Part shown: piece by piece, positions 27,343 through 38,833 of the stretch
Layout: every line of letters begins with the position of its first letter
Numbering within the stretch: the first letter of the stretch is position 1
Assembly (NCBI RefSeq): GCF_026210795.1
Contig: NC_089432.1
Span: 2,790,001 to 2,854,000, forward strand
Direction: 5' to 3'
Source of the DNA: Rhizophagus irregularis
Lineage: Eukaryota
DNA: 64,000 nt
Program-made: the position numbers and the translations under genes
Notes under the pieces: model-generated
The model's input: only the letters and a program-made list of their open reading frames with translations
Database searches by the model: none
Told to the model about the DNA's origin: nothing

Positions 27343-28853
27343 TTTATTATAAGCCTATACTCACCCCATGTGATATATGTAATCCTACGTTACACTCATA
27401 TAAGACCTTTAAAGACGTAATAAATGTCATGGCCATTATGTGCATGTGCGCCCACCTGTCAATAATTTAATTAATATAAATGGGGGAATGGTTTCTTATT
27501 ACGGAATGTCATTAAAGTGGCTCATGCTAATTTGGGTTTTTGCATCATTTTCGCACATTATTTACGTAATCATTTTTGTAATTATTTTAGTAAGGAAAGA
27601 AAATGTCATTATTTTGGATCTGAAATAAAATATTAAATTTTTTGAAAATTCATTTTATTCAAAAAATTTGTATATATTTTTTTCACATGAAAATCATCCT
27701 GATCACCAGATTGAGAATTCGACACGATCAGAATCCCGCCTCGTTATAACACAAGTCATTTTGCCGACATGATCAACATAGTATTAACGATGAAATTTTG
27801 CATTTACAGTAATAATAATAAGAAAGCAAGGAATATTTTTAAATTCTAACCGTTATATCTGAGAAAAGATTACAAAGGAATAATTAGATTGATGCAATAT
27901 AACCTTGAATTATTAATGGATTTTGTAATCAATTCTTTTACATTTCGGCACTAGAAATAATTTGAAATTAAAGCGCAATAAGGAGTGAGACGCAGATAAT
28001 TGGTGAAATGACTGTCTATAAATTGTACTGTAACCATCAGCCATATGAATAAAAGTTACTCGTAATTTTAAATAATTTTGATTGTCTAGTCTAAATAAAA
28101 AATAAAATTATTACGCAAAATTTTATTCGCCAAAATTTTAAATCGCGAACTTTCACTTTTAAAACGGATGTTTGTTTATAAATTTTAAAAGAGAATTAAA
28201 CTTTGTAATATTAAATTGAAATTATAAAATCAATAAAAAAATAATTTAACTAAATAGTAATCAGAAACTGTACAATATTAAACATAGAGAGATATACGAT
28301 CCCCGATCAAATTTTCATCAAAAAAAATTAAAATATTGATAAAAAATACTAAATTTTCTTATTATATTCTCTTATTATATTTAGAAAGTATGTTGTTTTT
28401 ATCTTATATCGTTTCAAGATTCAATTTATTATTGTTTGAGAAAATGTTATTCACAGATAGATTTTTTTTTTTTTAAATAATTTGAGTAACTAAAAAGAGT
28501 ACATACAATAGACAATAAAATCTTTTTTTTTTGTAATTGATTTGAAACGAAAAAAAAATTTTGAAAATACAATATTATTTTTTTTTGTTCTAATAAGTAA
28601 TAAATAAATCTATATAAATAAAAAAATTTGATGATTTATTAGATTATCATTGTTCTTAAATTCATATTAACCATACGGATTTACTCGATAATCAGAATCA
28701 CGTTATAACACAAAAATCGACGCTTATAATCATAATCCCAAAAATTCAAATTATCCCGACACTCATCCCGAAACTTAATATCTTTCATGAATAAAAAATA
28801 TTTATTTAAAAATTTTAATAATTATATTAAAAAAAAATTTATATCTTTATTAT

Positions 28854-29921
28854 GGGGATTGCTAACCATCGCCTGGATTTTTTTTTTCAAATATGTCACA
28901 ATATATAGAGTAAATTTATTAATCGGCTGATGGCTGATTTTTTTAACATAGCTATTTTGATCGGTTAAACTTAAAATTTTATTGCGAAGATATTTTTTAA
29001 AAAAATTTTTTTGCAAACATATTTATTCAAAATAATCTTATTTAATGAAATTTTATTTGCAGATATTAAAATTTAAGTCACACATTTACGATTTTAAAGA
29101 AAAAAATCACCGTATTTATTTTAATGAAGTGATACAAATAAAAAAAATAATAGTAACAAATAAAAAAGATAAGTAAATTACAATGATCAAGGAGACGAAA
29201 AGAAGTGATGGGAAGATGAAGAGGAGTAATAGGAAACGAAAAGGAGTGATGAGAGACAAAAAGAAATGATGGGAAGTAAACAGGAGAGAAAAAGAAATAA
29301 TGGAAAATGAAAAGATGTAATAGGAAATAATGGGAGACGAAAGGATGGAATAATGAGAATTAATACAAAAAATAAAAAGATGGTCATGATAGGAGGTTGG
29401 GTAATGATAGGAAACCAAGTAAAAATGAAACTATAAAGTAAAAAAAAAATGAAGTTAGTAAGAAACGAAATATAAGATAGAAACGAAATAAAAAAAATAA
29501 ATAAAAATAAAAAAACATACCTTTATTAATTATAGAACCGAAAGAACTAATTATCTAAAAAAAAGTGAAATAAAATTAGTGAAAACAAAATATGAAACAA
29601 AAACAAAATAAAAAAAAAATAAAAAAAATGAGTAAGAAACGAAACGTAAAGTGAAAAACAACTGAACCTTAATTGCAGAACCGGAACCTAAAAATAATGA
29701 AATGGAGTTAGTAAGAAACAAAGTGTAAGCAGAATGTAAGTTAGAAATAAAAATAAAAGAAAAGAAAAATACCTTGAGACCGAAAGAACCAAAGAAACGA
29801 ACCTATACTGAAAACGAGATTCGATTAATAAACATGTTACCAATCTGGCCAATCAAAAATATTAAATCTGTCACGTGATCGAAGACCCAGGCGACGCCCA
29901 GGCGACGTTTAGCAATTCCCC
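28854..29921. mobile_element. ~1.07-kb non-autonomous TIR element with 4-bp TSD (TTAT)
   Basis: GGGGATTGCTAACCATCGCCTGG / CCAGGCGACGTTTAGCAATTCCCC; strong purine strand bias; second copy inverted at 63352-64000. Confidence 0.8.
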
Positions 29922-30653
29922 TTATTTAATATAAATAAATTTGTTTTTTCTGACTAAATAACATTAATAATAATTATTAAAAATATTAATAAAATTTAAA
30001 TTTTAAAATAAAACATCAATCTTTTCAAATATTTTAAAAATGAAATATATTAGAAATACAAATATAGAAAATTATTATGACTAAAATAAAAAATAAAAAA
30101 AGATAATAAGTGTCGGGATCAGGATTGACATTCAGATTGTCCTGCTGATTGCCAGCACGATCCATTCCCAGGGGTTAAACGTGAAATCACGATTAATTTC
30201 ATTTAATTTAGGTGTTTAAATTTGTTGGTGTTTTAAATTTACTGCGGTCCGAAAAGATCTTAAACTAGTGGGGAGTTGTGGTAATCCCGGAAATACTGTA
30301 TTATAAGAAACTTATTATGGAAACAATTTATTTTAATTGGTGATCTTAACAGGAATATCTTAAGCATGTGATTATTTAGGAGACTAGGGGTTTATTGAAA
30401 TGATCATCATTTTTATGGGAACTTATAATTTTGGGGAAAACTAATTTTATTGATTCTACATAATGTTAACTGAGAAATTAGTATTTAATGACTTGAAATT
30501 CGTTTTAGAAAAATTTAGATATTTAATTTTTCCTTTATTTTTGCAGCGTCAGCATGTTTAATTTTTATTTTAATATTTTTATCAAACATGTATTACTAAT
30601 GAACTCGGACATGAAATAGCAGATGCAATAAGTCTAGTGGTACTTTTTCTATG

Positions 30654-30796
30654 GGTATCAGGACATTTCGCCGAAAGCCATTTCGCCGAAAAATAATCTC
30701 TGGCCTGAGTTATTTATAATTCTGCATAATGTTGGCCCTATTTTTCGGCGAACCGTCCTTTCGGCGAAATGGCTTTCGGCGAAATGTACCGTAACC
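30654..30796. mobile_element. 143-bp Mutator-like MITE
   Basis: TIR with CATTTCGCCGAAAGCCATTTCGCCGAAA repeats; 9-bp TSD TTTTCTATG (30645-30653, 30797-30805). Confidence 0.9.
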
Positions 30797-31512
30797 TTTT
30801 CTATGTCAGACCAAGATAATAAACAGGTTTATATTGATTTTAATTTTTGGCCAAATGAAATATTATTAAATCTGGCCAAAATTATAACTTTCAGCCAGAA
30901 TTGAGAGGTGTTCCGATAGTGAACTTTATCAACACTTATTTTATTTATTTTATTTTTTGAAGTTTAAACATTAAAAAGTTTATAAATTTCAATAAATATC
31001 TTGATGTGTATATTTATTAGAAAAACAATTGATTTTTATCTGGATATTACTCGATAAAAAAGTAAAGGGGTATAAACGGTAATACCCCCGTTATGTGAGT
31101 TGGATAATACTTTTTTTGATTTGGGTATGATCCGGATCCAGAAATTCTGACGGGTCGCAGCTCTAATTTATTGTACTCTTTTAATTACTTAAAAAAAAAA
31201 CAAAAAAAAAATCTTTTGTAATTGTTGATTTTAGTTTGATTCTTGACGAAAAAAAAAGATCAAACAATTATAAAAAAAAATCTTAGAAGTGAACAAAAAA
31301 ATTTTGATTTATGAAAAAATTAGAAATTCAATGTTTAAATGATGAAATCAGGAATTTTACAGTTGACATCAGTGGTAGCTAAAATATTTTGTAAATTTGA
31401 TCGCGGTTTGTTATTAAAAATGCTAATTTTTCAACTAATGATTAATTTTGATTTTCAAATATATAATCAAAAAATAATGAACACACCATCATATAATATG
31501 TTGTTTAAAACT

Positions 31513-31667
31513 GGGGATCGTACAAAATCCCGACGGTCCAAAATCCCGAATGGTACGAAATCCCGACAAATAGCCCGCGTTATGCAGAATTATGCAGAGT
31601 CACGTGATGTGTTTGACCAGCATTAGAGTTCGGGATTTCGTGCCTGTCGGGATTTCGTACCAGACCC
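31513..31667. mobile_element. Short MITE with AAATCCCGA subterminal repeats
   Basis: GTACAAAATCCCGAC..AAATCCCGAA / TTCGGGATTT..GTCGGGATTTCGTAC; TSD not clear. Confidence 0.65.
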
Positions 31668-32574
31668 GTTATATTACCTCAATATCATATATTGTACATT
31701 CATTATTGCAATCTTTTGATGGACAAAAACTTATTCAAAACTATGGTTAAATTTGATTTTTAGGTCATCAGAATTTTATGAAAGTAGATGTTCCGGCTGG
31801 AATAACCTTGACTTGAGAGAAGTGCATTTACAATGTTCCCAAGGCATGCATATGAATGGCTTGAAAGAATAGCCAATAACCCCTTGTCAATCCAACGTCT
31901 ATTAAATAATGATATACATTTTTAAATAATGATATACACTTTTAAATATAATGATATACATTTACCAAAATAGTTTATATATTGAAAAAATAAAATCACA
32001 CTACGATAGTAACGTGTCTGATACTATATCGTTGTGATTTATTGGCGATTGCTCAACTGCATGATAGCAAATCATGGATTTCTGCAAAGTATGCTTGCAT
32101 AAAGAGGGACGTAATGAGAAGATTTAACAATAAAGAATATAGTTAACGATAGTGATATTTTTAAATTAACCAGTATTCGGAATTATTGGAACAAGGATAT
32201 TAGTAGATACTCAGAAAGAAAATGACAATAATAAAAATTTTTTTTTACATTTTAAAATCAGCTTAAACTCGTTTGCACTTTCTTTATTAACTTTCGAAAA
32301 TCATTCATTTTTTAGGGTCCATGTAAGGTCAAAATCCTACTTTTAAATCTCAAAAGTTCAAATAATAAATGTTGTTCGTCTTGACTAATTCTACATATTG
32401 TATTATGGTACTATATAGCTACAATTAAATCCTGATGAAAGCGTTGAAATTAATTGTAAAAAAATTTAAGGGTGAACAGTGAACTCTTGATTTACACCTC
32501 CCTATGATAGTCAATTGTAAAAGAAACATATAGAATTCCGGCTAAAATCATATAATAATAAATACTCTAACAAT

Positions 32575-32920
32575 ACATGTCGAAACTCGACAATTTCGGA
32601 ATAATTTCAGGATTCGGCCTTCGGCCAATCATTCCAAAACGAAACTCTAGCCGAAAGTTGAAAGTTGGGCCGAAATTTTCTGGCCGGCATTATGCATCAT
32701 TATAAATTATTTGTAACATTAATGTAACACAAAATTTCATCGCAGCATGAAAATTTCTGTGTCCCGGTTGGCTAAACTTTTATCCTGTGTCACGTGACAT
32801 ATGATTCTGGCCGGCACTAAAAAATTTGGCCAGAATTATAAAATAGTTTCGGACATTGATCTCAAGTTTCGGCCAGAGTTTCGTTTCAGATTTCGGATTC
32901 GTCCATGTTTTCGGAAACAA
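32575..32920. mobile_element. Degenerate MITE
   Basis: AAACGAAACTCTAGCCGAAAGTTGA / TCAAGTTTCGGCCAGAGTTTCGTTT inverted pair; TTCGG-rich. Confidence 0.55.
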
Positions 32921-33164
32921 TATAATCAATTGTAACACAAAAAGAATAAACAAAAGGTGATTACAGTAGTAATACCTAAGACAAAATGATCAACCAGTAC
33001 TGCGATTTCGTGCTTGTACTTGTGATCAATGCTTTTGCGCATAATATAAATATTGTTACCATATATACCTATCTTTATAATAAAGGCGTTTAATAAAGAA
33101 AAGAAAAAAAAATATTTACATTATCTTTTCCAGTCACAGAGAATTTTAATATAATTATATAGTA

Positions 33165-36100
33165 ATGACTCACAGTAATGATAAGGGTAATAATTATATA
33201 TAATATATAGCATATAATTAGAACTCTAAAATTTTTAACAAATTTGCAATGCAATAAAATTAGTTTCCAAAGAATTTGAAGGAAGTAGTACCGAGGAATC
33301 TAAAGGTATATTAAACTAGCTGAAATATTAAATTTTTATTTGTAAATAATTTAAATACTATCAATAATTGTACCTTATATTATATAAAAATTATATTAAA
33401 TAATTTAGCTCGTAAGTTAATAGGTTATATTATAATTGAATAATAATGGAATTACTTAACATTTCTATTACATTTCATATAACTCATTAAATAATTAATA
33501 ATACTATAGTTGGTAAGTTATTAGTTATTTAAATCTTTAGTTTTTGCTTTATTTATTTTACATATTATTCAATTAACTAATTCTTTATTTAATAAATAAC
33601 TATTTAATATTGTATTACAGAAGGTAAGTTAAACTATCATATTTATTTGTTTAATATTTTATATAATTCAACTGATTATATTCTTAATTTAAATAACCAG
33701 ATTGTAAGTGATATTTAATTTGCAGTAAATATTTTTGTAATGTATTTATATCTAACTAATAATTAATTAACAATACTAGGGTGTAAGTTATAAATACATA
33801 TATTTTATATTATTTATATAATTTAAACTAATTAAATTCTTTATTTAAAAAATTATTTTATAGGTGGTATGTTATTTATTTAATTCTATTATTACTGATT
33901 TATATAATAATTACATATAATTTAAACTAACTAAATTCTTTATTTAAAAAATTATTATACAATCCAATATAGAGAGTAAGTTATTTATTTAATTATTTTA
34001 TTAATTATTTATATAATATTTGCATAAAATTTAAACTAACTAATTTTTTTATTTAAAAAATTATTGAATAACAATATAGAGAGTAAGTTATATTTATTTA
34101 ATTCTATTATTACTTATTTATATAATATTTATATATAATTTAAACTAACTAATTTATTTATTTAAAAAATTATTAAACATATAGAGAGTAAGTTATTTAT
34201 TTAACTATATTATTACTTATTCATATAATATTTACATATAATTTAAACTAACTAATTTTTTATTTAAAAAATTATTTTGTAATTTATTTTAGTTAGTAAG
34301 TTATAAGTTATTTATTTAATTTTATTATTACTTATTTATATAATATTTATATATAATTTAAACTAACTAAATTCTTTATTTACATAGTTTGTAAGTTATA
34401 AGTTATTTATTTAATTCTATTATTACTTATTTAACATTTATATATAATTTAGACTAACTAAATTCTTTATTTAAAATATTATTTAATTATATAGGGCGTA
34501 AGTTATTCTATTTTTACTTATTTAAATAATATTTACATATAATTTAAACTAATTAAATTCTTTATTTAAAAAAATTATTTTATAGATGGTATGTTATTTA
34601 TTTTATTCTATTATTACTTATTTATATAATAGTTATATACAATTTAAACTAAATTCTTTATTTAAAAAATTATTTTATAGATGGTATATTATTTATTTAA
34701 TTCTATTATTACATATTTATATAAGATTTACATATAATTTAAACAAATTCTTTATTTAAAAAATTATTTTACAGATGGTATGTTATTTATTTAATTCTAT
34801 TATTACATATTTATATAACATTTACATATAATTTAAACTAACTAAATTCTTTATTTAAAATATTATATAATAATACAGGGTGTAAGTTATTTATTTAATT
34901 TTATTATTACATATTTATATAATATTTACATATAATTTAACTAACAATTCTTTATTTAAAAAAATTATTTTATAGATGGTATGTTAGTTATTTACTTAAT
35001 TTTATTATTACTTATTTATATTATATATACATATTATTTAAAATGACTAAATCCTTTGTTTAAAAAATTATTTTATAGATGGTATGTTATTTATTTAATT
35101 CTATTATTATTACTTATTTATATAATATGTATTACATATACTAATTTAAACTAACTAAACTCTTTATTTAAATAGTTTGTAAGTTATAAGTTATTTATTT
35201 AATTCTATTATTATTTATTAATATAATATTACATATAATTTAAACTAACTAAATTCTTTGTTTAAATAGATTGTAAGTTATAAGTTATTTATTTAATTCT
35301 ATTATTACTATTATTACTTATTTATATAATATTTTATAATTTAAACTAACTAAATTCTTTATTTAAAAAATTATTTTATAGTTGGTATGTTATTTATTTA
35401 ATTCTATTATTATTTGTTTATATAATATTTACATATAATTTAAACTAACTAAATTCTTTATTTAAAAAATTATATAATATAGGGCGTGAGTTATTTATTT
35501 AATTATATAATATTTATATATAATTTAAACTAAATTATTCTTTATTTAAAAATTATTTTATAGTTGGTATGTTATTTATTTAATTCTATTATTATAATAT
35601 TTACATATAATTTAAACTAACAATTCTTTATTTAAAAAATTATTTAATAATATAGGGTGTAAGATATTCTATTATTACTTATTTATATAATATTTACATG
35701 TAATTTAAACTAACTAAATTCTTTATTTAAAAAATTATTTAATAATATAGGGCGTAAGTTATTTATTATTACTTATTTATATAATATTTACATATAATTT
35801 AAACTAACTAAATTCTTTATTTAAAAAAATTATTTTATAGATGGTATGTTATTTATTTAATTCTATTATTACTTATTTAGATAATCTTTAAATGTAATTT
35901 AAACTAACTAATAAACTCTTTATTTAAAAAATTATTTTATAGATGGTATGTTATTTATTTAATTCTATTATTACTTATTTATATAATATTTATATACAAT
36001 TTTAAACTAACTAAATTCTTTATTTAAAAAATTATTTTATAGATGGTATGCTATTTATTTGATTCTATTATTACTTTATTTATATAATATTTATATATAA

Positions 36101-37663
36101 TTTAAACTAACTAAATTCTTTATTTATAAAAATTATTTAATAATGTAGCTCGTAAGCTATTTGTTGTTTCTATTGTTATATTTTATATAGTATTTATTTG
36201 TTGATTGAATTCTTTCATTTAAATTTCTGTTACTTTAGTTGGTAAGTCGTAGGTTATTATTATATATTTTACAAAAACTAATGCCGTATATTATATTAAA
36301 TTTCTTCTTAAATTTAGAGTAAGTGTTGATTTTAATACTGTAACTTTTAATGTAAACTTTAATATAATTACAATTATTCAAATTTATAGATTTGGAAAAA
36401 GTGGAAATATAAATATGGATAATTTTATTTTGAAAAACAAATTAAAATGGATTCCTTATGATAAATTTAAAAATGCTGAATATCTTGATAAAGGAGGATT
36501 TGGTACTATATATAAAGCTAATTGGCTAAATAATAATGGATATAAAGAAGTAATTCTTAAATGTCATAATAATTTAAATGAAAATTTAAATGAGTTTTTA
36601 AATGAAGTATGATAATATATTATTTACTTTTTAGATTAAATATCTAAATTATAATTTATTTATACTAATACATTATTATTTTTTTATAGTGGAAATATCA
36701 CAAAAGTTGCTTAAGTTCAGATAAAATTATTTATTTTTATGGATTTACAAAAGATCCTAATACTTTGAAATATATGGTAGTAATGGATTGTGCAAATAAA
36801 GGTAATTTAAGAGGAAACTTAATGAGAGTAATCAAAAAAAAATGGAGTCAAAAATTATATATGTTATATGAAATTATTTCTGGACTTAATAATATACATG
36901 AACAAAATCTTATTCATTGTGATTTTCATGATGGCAATATTTTAGATCATAATTATGAAGATAATGATAAAATTTATGTTAGTGATTTAGGTTTATGTCG
37001 ACCTGTAAAATCATTTTTGAAAGAGCATAGTATTTATGGTGTATTACCATTTATGGCACCTGAAGTTTTAAGAGGCAAATCTTATACTCCAGCTAGTGAT
37101 ATTTATAGTTTTTCTATGATTATGTGGGAATTTACATCTGGTATACCACCATTTAACGATAAAGCACATGATATCCAACTTAGTTTAAGTATTTGTAAAG
37201 GTGAACGTCCTGAAATTATTGAAGATACTCCACAATGTTATGTAGATTTAATGAAAAGGTGTTGGGATGAAGACTCATTAAATAGGCCATCTTCTAAAGA
37301 AGTTTTAAGTATTATTGAAAATTGGATTTTTCGTTCTTCAGATAAGAAAATTAAAGATATTAATGAAGAATTAAAATACAATATTATGGAATTTATAAAT
37401 GCGCCAATTGGGCATAACAATAATCTTTCTAATGAGTCTCATCCACAGGCATATAATACAAGTCGCTTACTTGGTTTTACTAGTAAAGAATTGAATGAAA
37501 TTCTTGAAAGTAAAGATTCACCAGATTTGGATGATTGTATAGTTTTATTAGGTGTGTAATATAGTATATAAAAAGAATTAATTTGCAAATTATTTATGTG
37601 AGTTAACTTTATTTATTTAATTGTTTAGATACTAAAACAGTGTGTTTTTATAAGAATTTATAG
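33165..37663 (+). CDS. Intact TKL protein kinase whose N-terminus is encoded by 31 micro-exons (36 predicted exons)
   Basis: Exons 33165-33186, 33264-33305, thirty 3-nt exons (33409..36241), a 1-nt exon at 36318, then 36390-36606, 36690-37551, 37629-37663; GGFGTIY, VILK, HCDFHDGN, SDLG and APE all present. Confidence 0.8.
33306..36389 (+). repeat. Tandem array of ~70-110-bp intron units (GTAAGT/GTATGT...ACTAAC...YAG) separated by 3-nt exons
   Basis: 32 GT-AG units; central units near-identical (TAATTTAAACTAACTAAATTCTTTATTTAAAAAATTAT). Confidence 0.9.
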
Positions 37664-38105
37664 TTTTTTTTTAGTGATATTTGATGTCATGCATTTAACA
37701 GAAATTGTTGTTTAGATTTATTTAAACACTAATAAGGCTAGAGTAGTAAAATATCTTACAAGATTCTTAGTTTGTAATTTAAATAATTCCTTTTTTTATA
37801 GCTTATCCAAGTATTAAATATTATATTCTCTTTTATTTTACTTAGAATTATTTAAACACTAAGACTAGAGTAGTAAATATTTTACAAGTTTCTTACTTTG
37901 CAATTTAAATAAATCTTTTTTTTATAACTTTTCCAGTTATTAGATAAATCATCAAAATAATAATATAAGTATAAAAAATCATTATCAATTCATAAAATTG
38001 AAAATTTTTATACTCATTTAAGTAGATAATTGTTTTTAATTTATATTGTCAACCTTTATTTTTAGTATTATTTAAAGAAAATTTCTCACTGGCAGTCATG
38101 TTGTG

Positions 38106-38478
38106 TAGGGATCATGGTTATTAACCGGCCATGACTGGTTATGGCTGTGACCAATATCAGTTGGTCAAAGGCTTCTGACTGACTGTTTAACTGACCATTT
38201 AACCAATTATTTAGCCAAATTTATTCACTTAACACTTTTTTATGAACTTAATCAATAAAAAAAGTTAAATAACAACTTTTTTTTGATTAAATTACACTTT
38301 TTAATGTTTTTTCTTGATTAAAATTCATTAAAAAGAAAAAAGTGATCGGTTAAATGGTTGGTTAAATGGTTGGTTAAATGGTCAGAAAAACGGTTAGCCA
38401 AACTGGTCAGTTGGTCGAAGGCCCTTAACCAGTTATGACCAACTGATAACCAACCATGACCGACCATTGCCATCTCTA
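38106..38478. mobile_element. hAT-type MITE
   Basis: TAGGGAT... / ...CCATCTCTA; 8-bp TSD ATGTTGTG (38098-38105, 38479-38486); TGACC/GGTCA repeats. Confidence 0.85.
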
Positions 38479-38833
38479 ATGTTGTGTGTCAACTTTGTTA
38501 TGTACAATATTTTACTTTAATATATTTTTTGAATGAGATGAACAATCAGGGCGCTGGTAAATGCTAATTTTTATTTGTAATTGCTTTCAACTATTTGGAT
38601 TTATATTCCATGTAGTCTATATATATAAATAAAATGTAGTAAGATTAGAATGTTAATTATATTAAAATTTATTTATTCATTATTGCTGCTTTTTGTTTGG
38701 TAATACTACCAAATAAACTGTAAATTTTATTAATTAATATTTTTGTGATTTACATAATATTCAATTATATCTCTTCAATAAATCTAAAAAAAATAATTAT
38801 GGAATATATAATGAAAATTTATTATTATATAAT

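Noticed and set aside
29116..29418. Hydrophobic membrane-protein-like ORFs (also 63452-63706)
   Set aside because: Artefact of the T-rich strand of a repeat element
31715..31965. Coding-like fragment followed by a 21-bp triple repeat
   Set aside because: Short, frameshifted and without an identifiable family
33306..36389. Plain AT-rich minisatellite or CRISPR-like array
   Set aside because: Every unit has donor and acceptor signals around exactly 3 variable bases, and the joined bases fit the kinase frame
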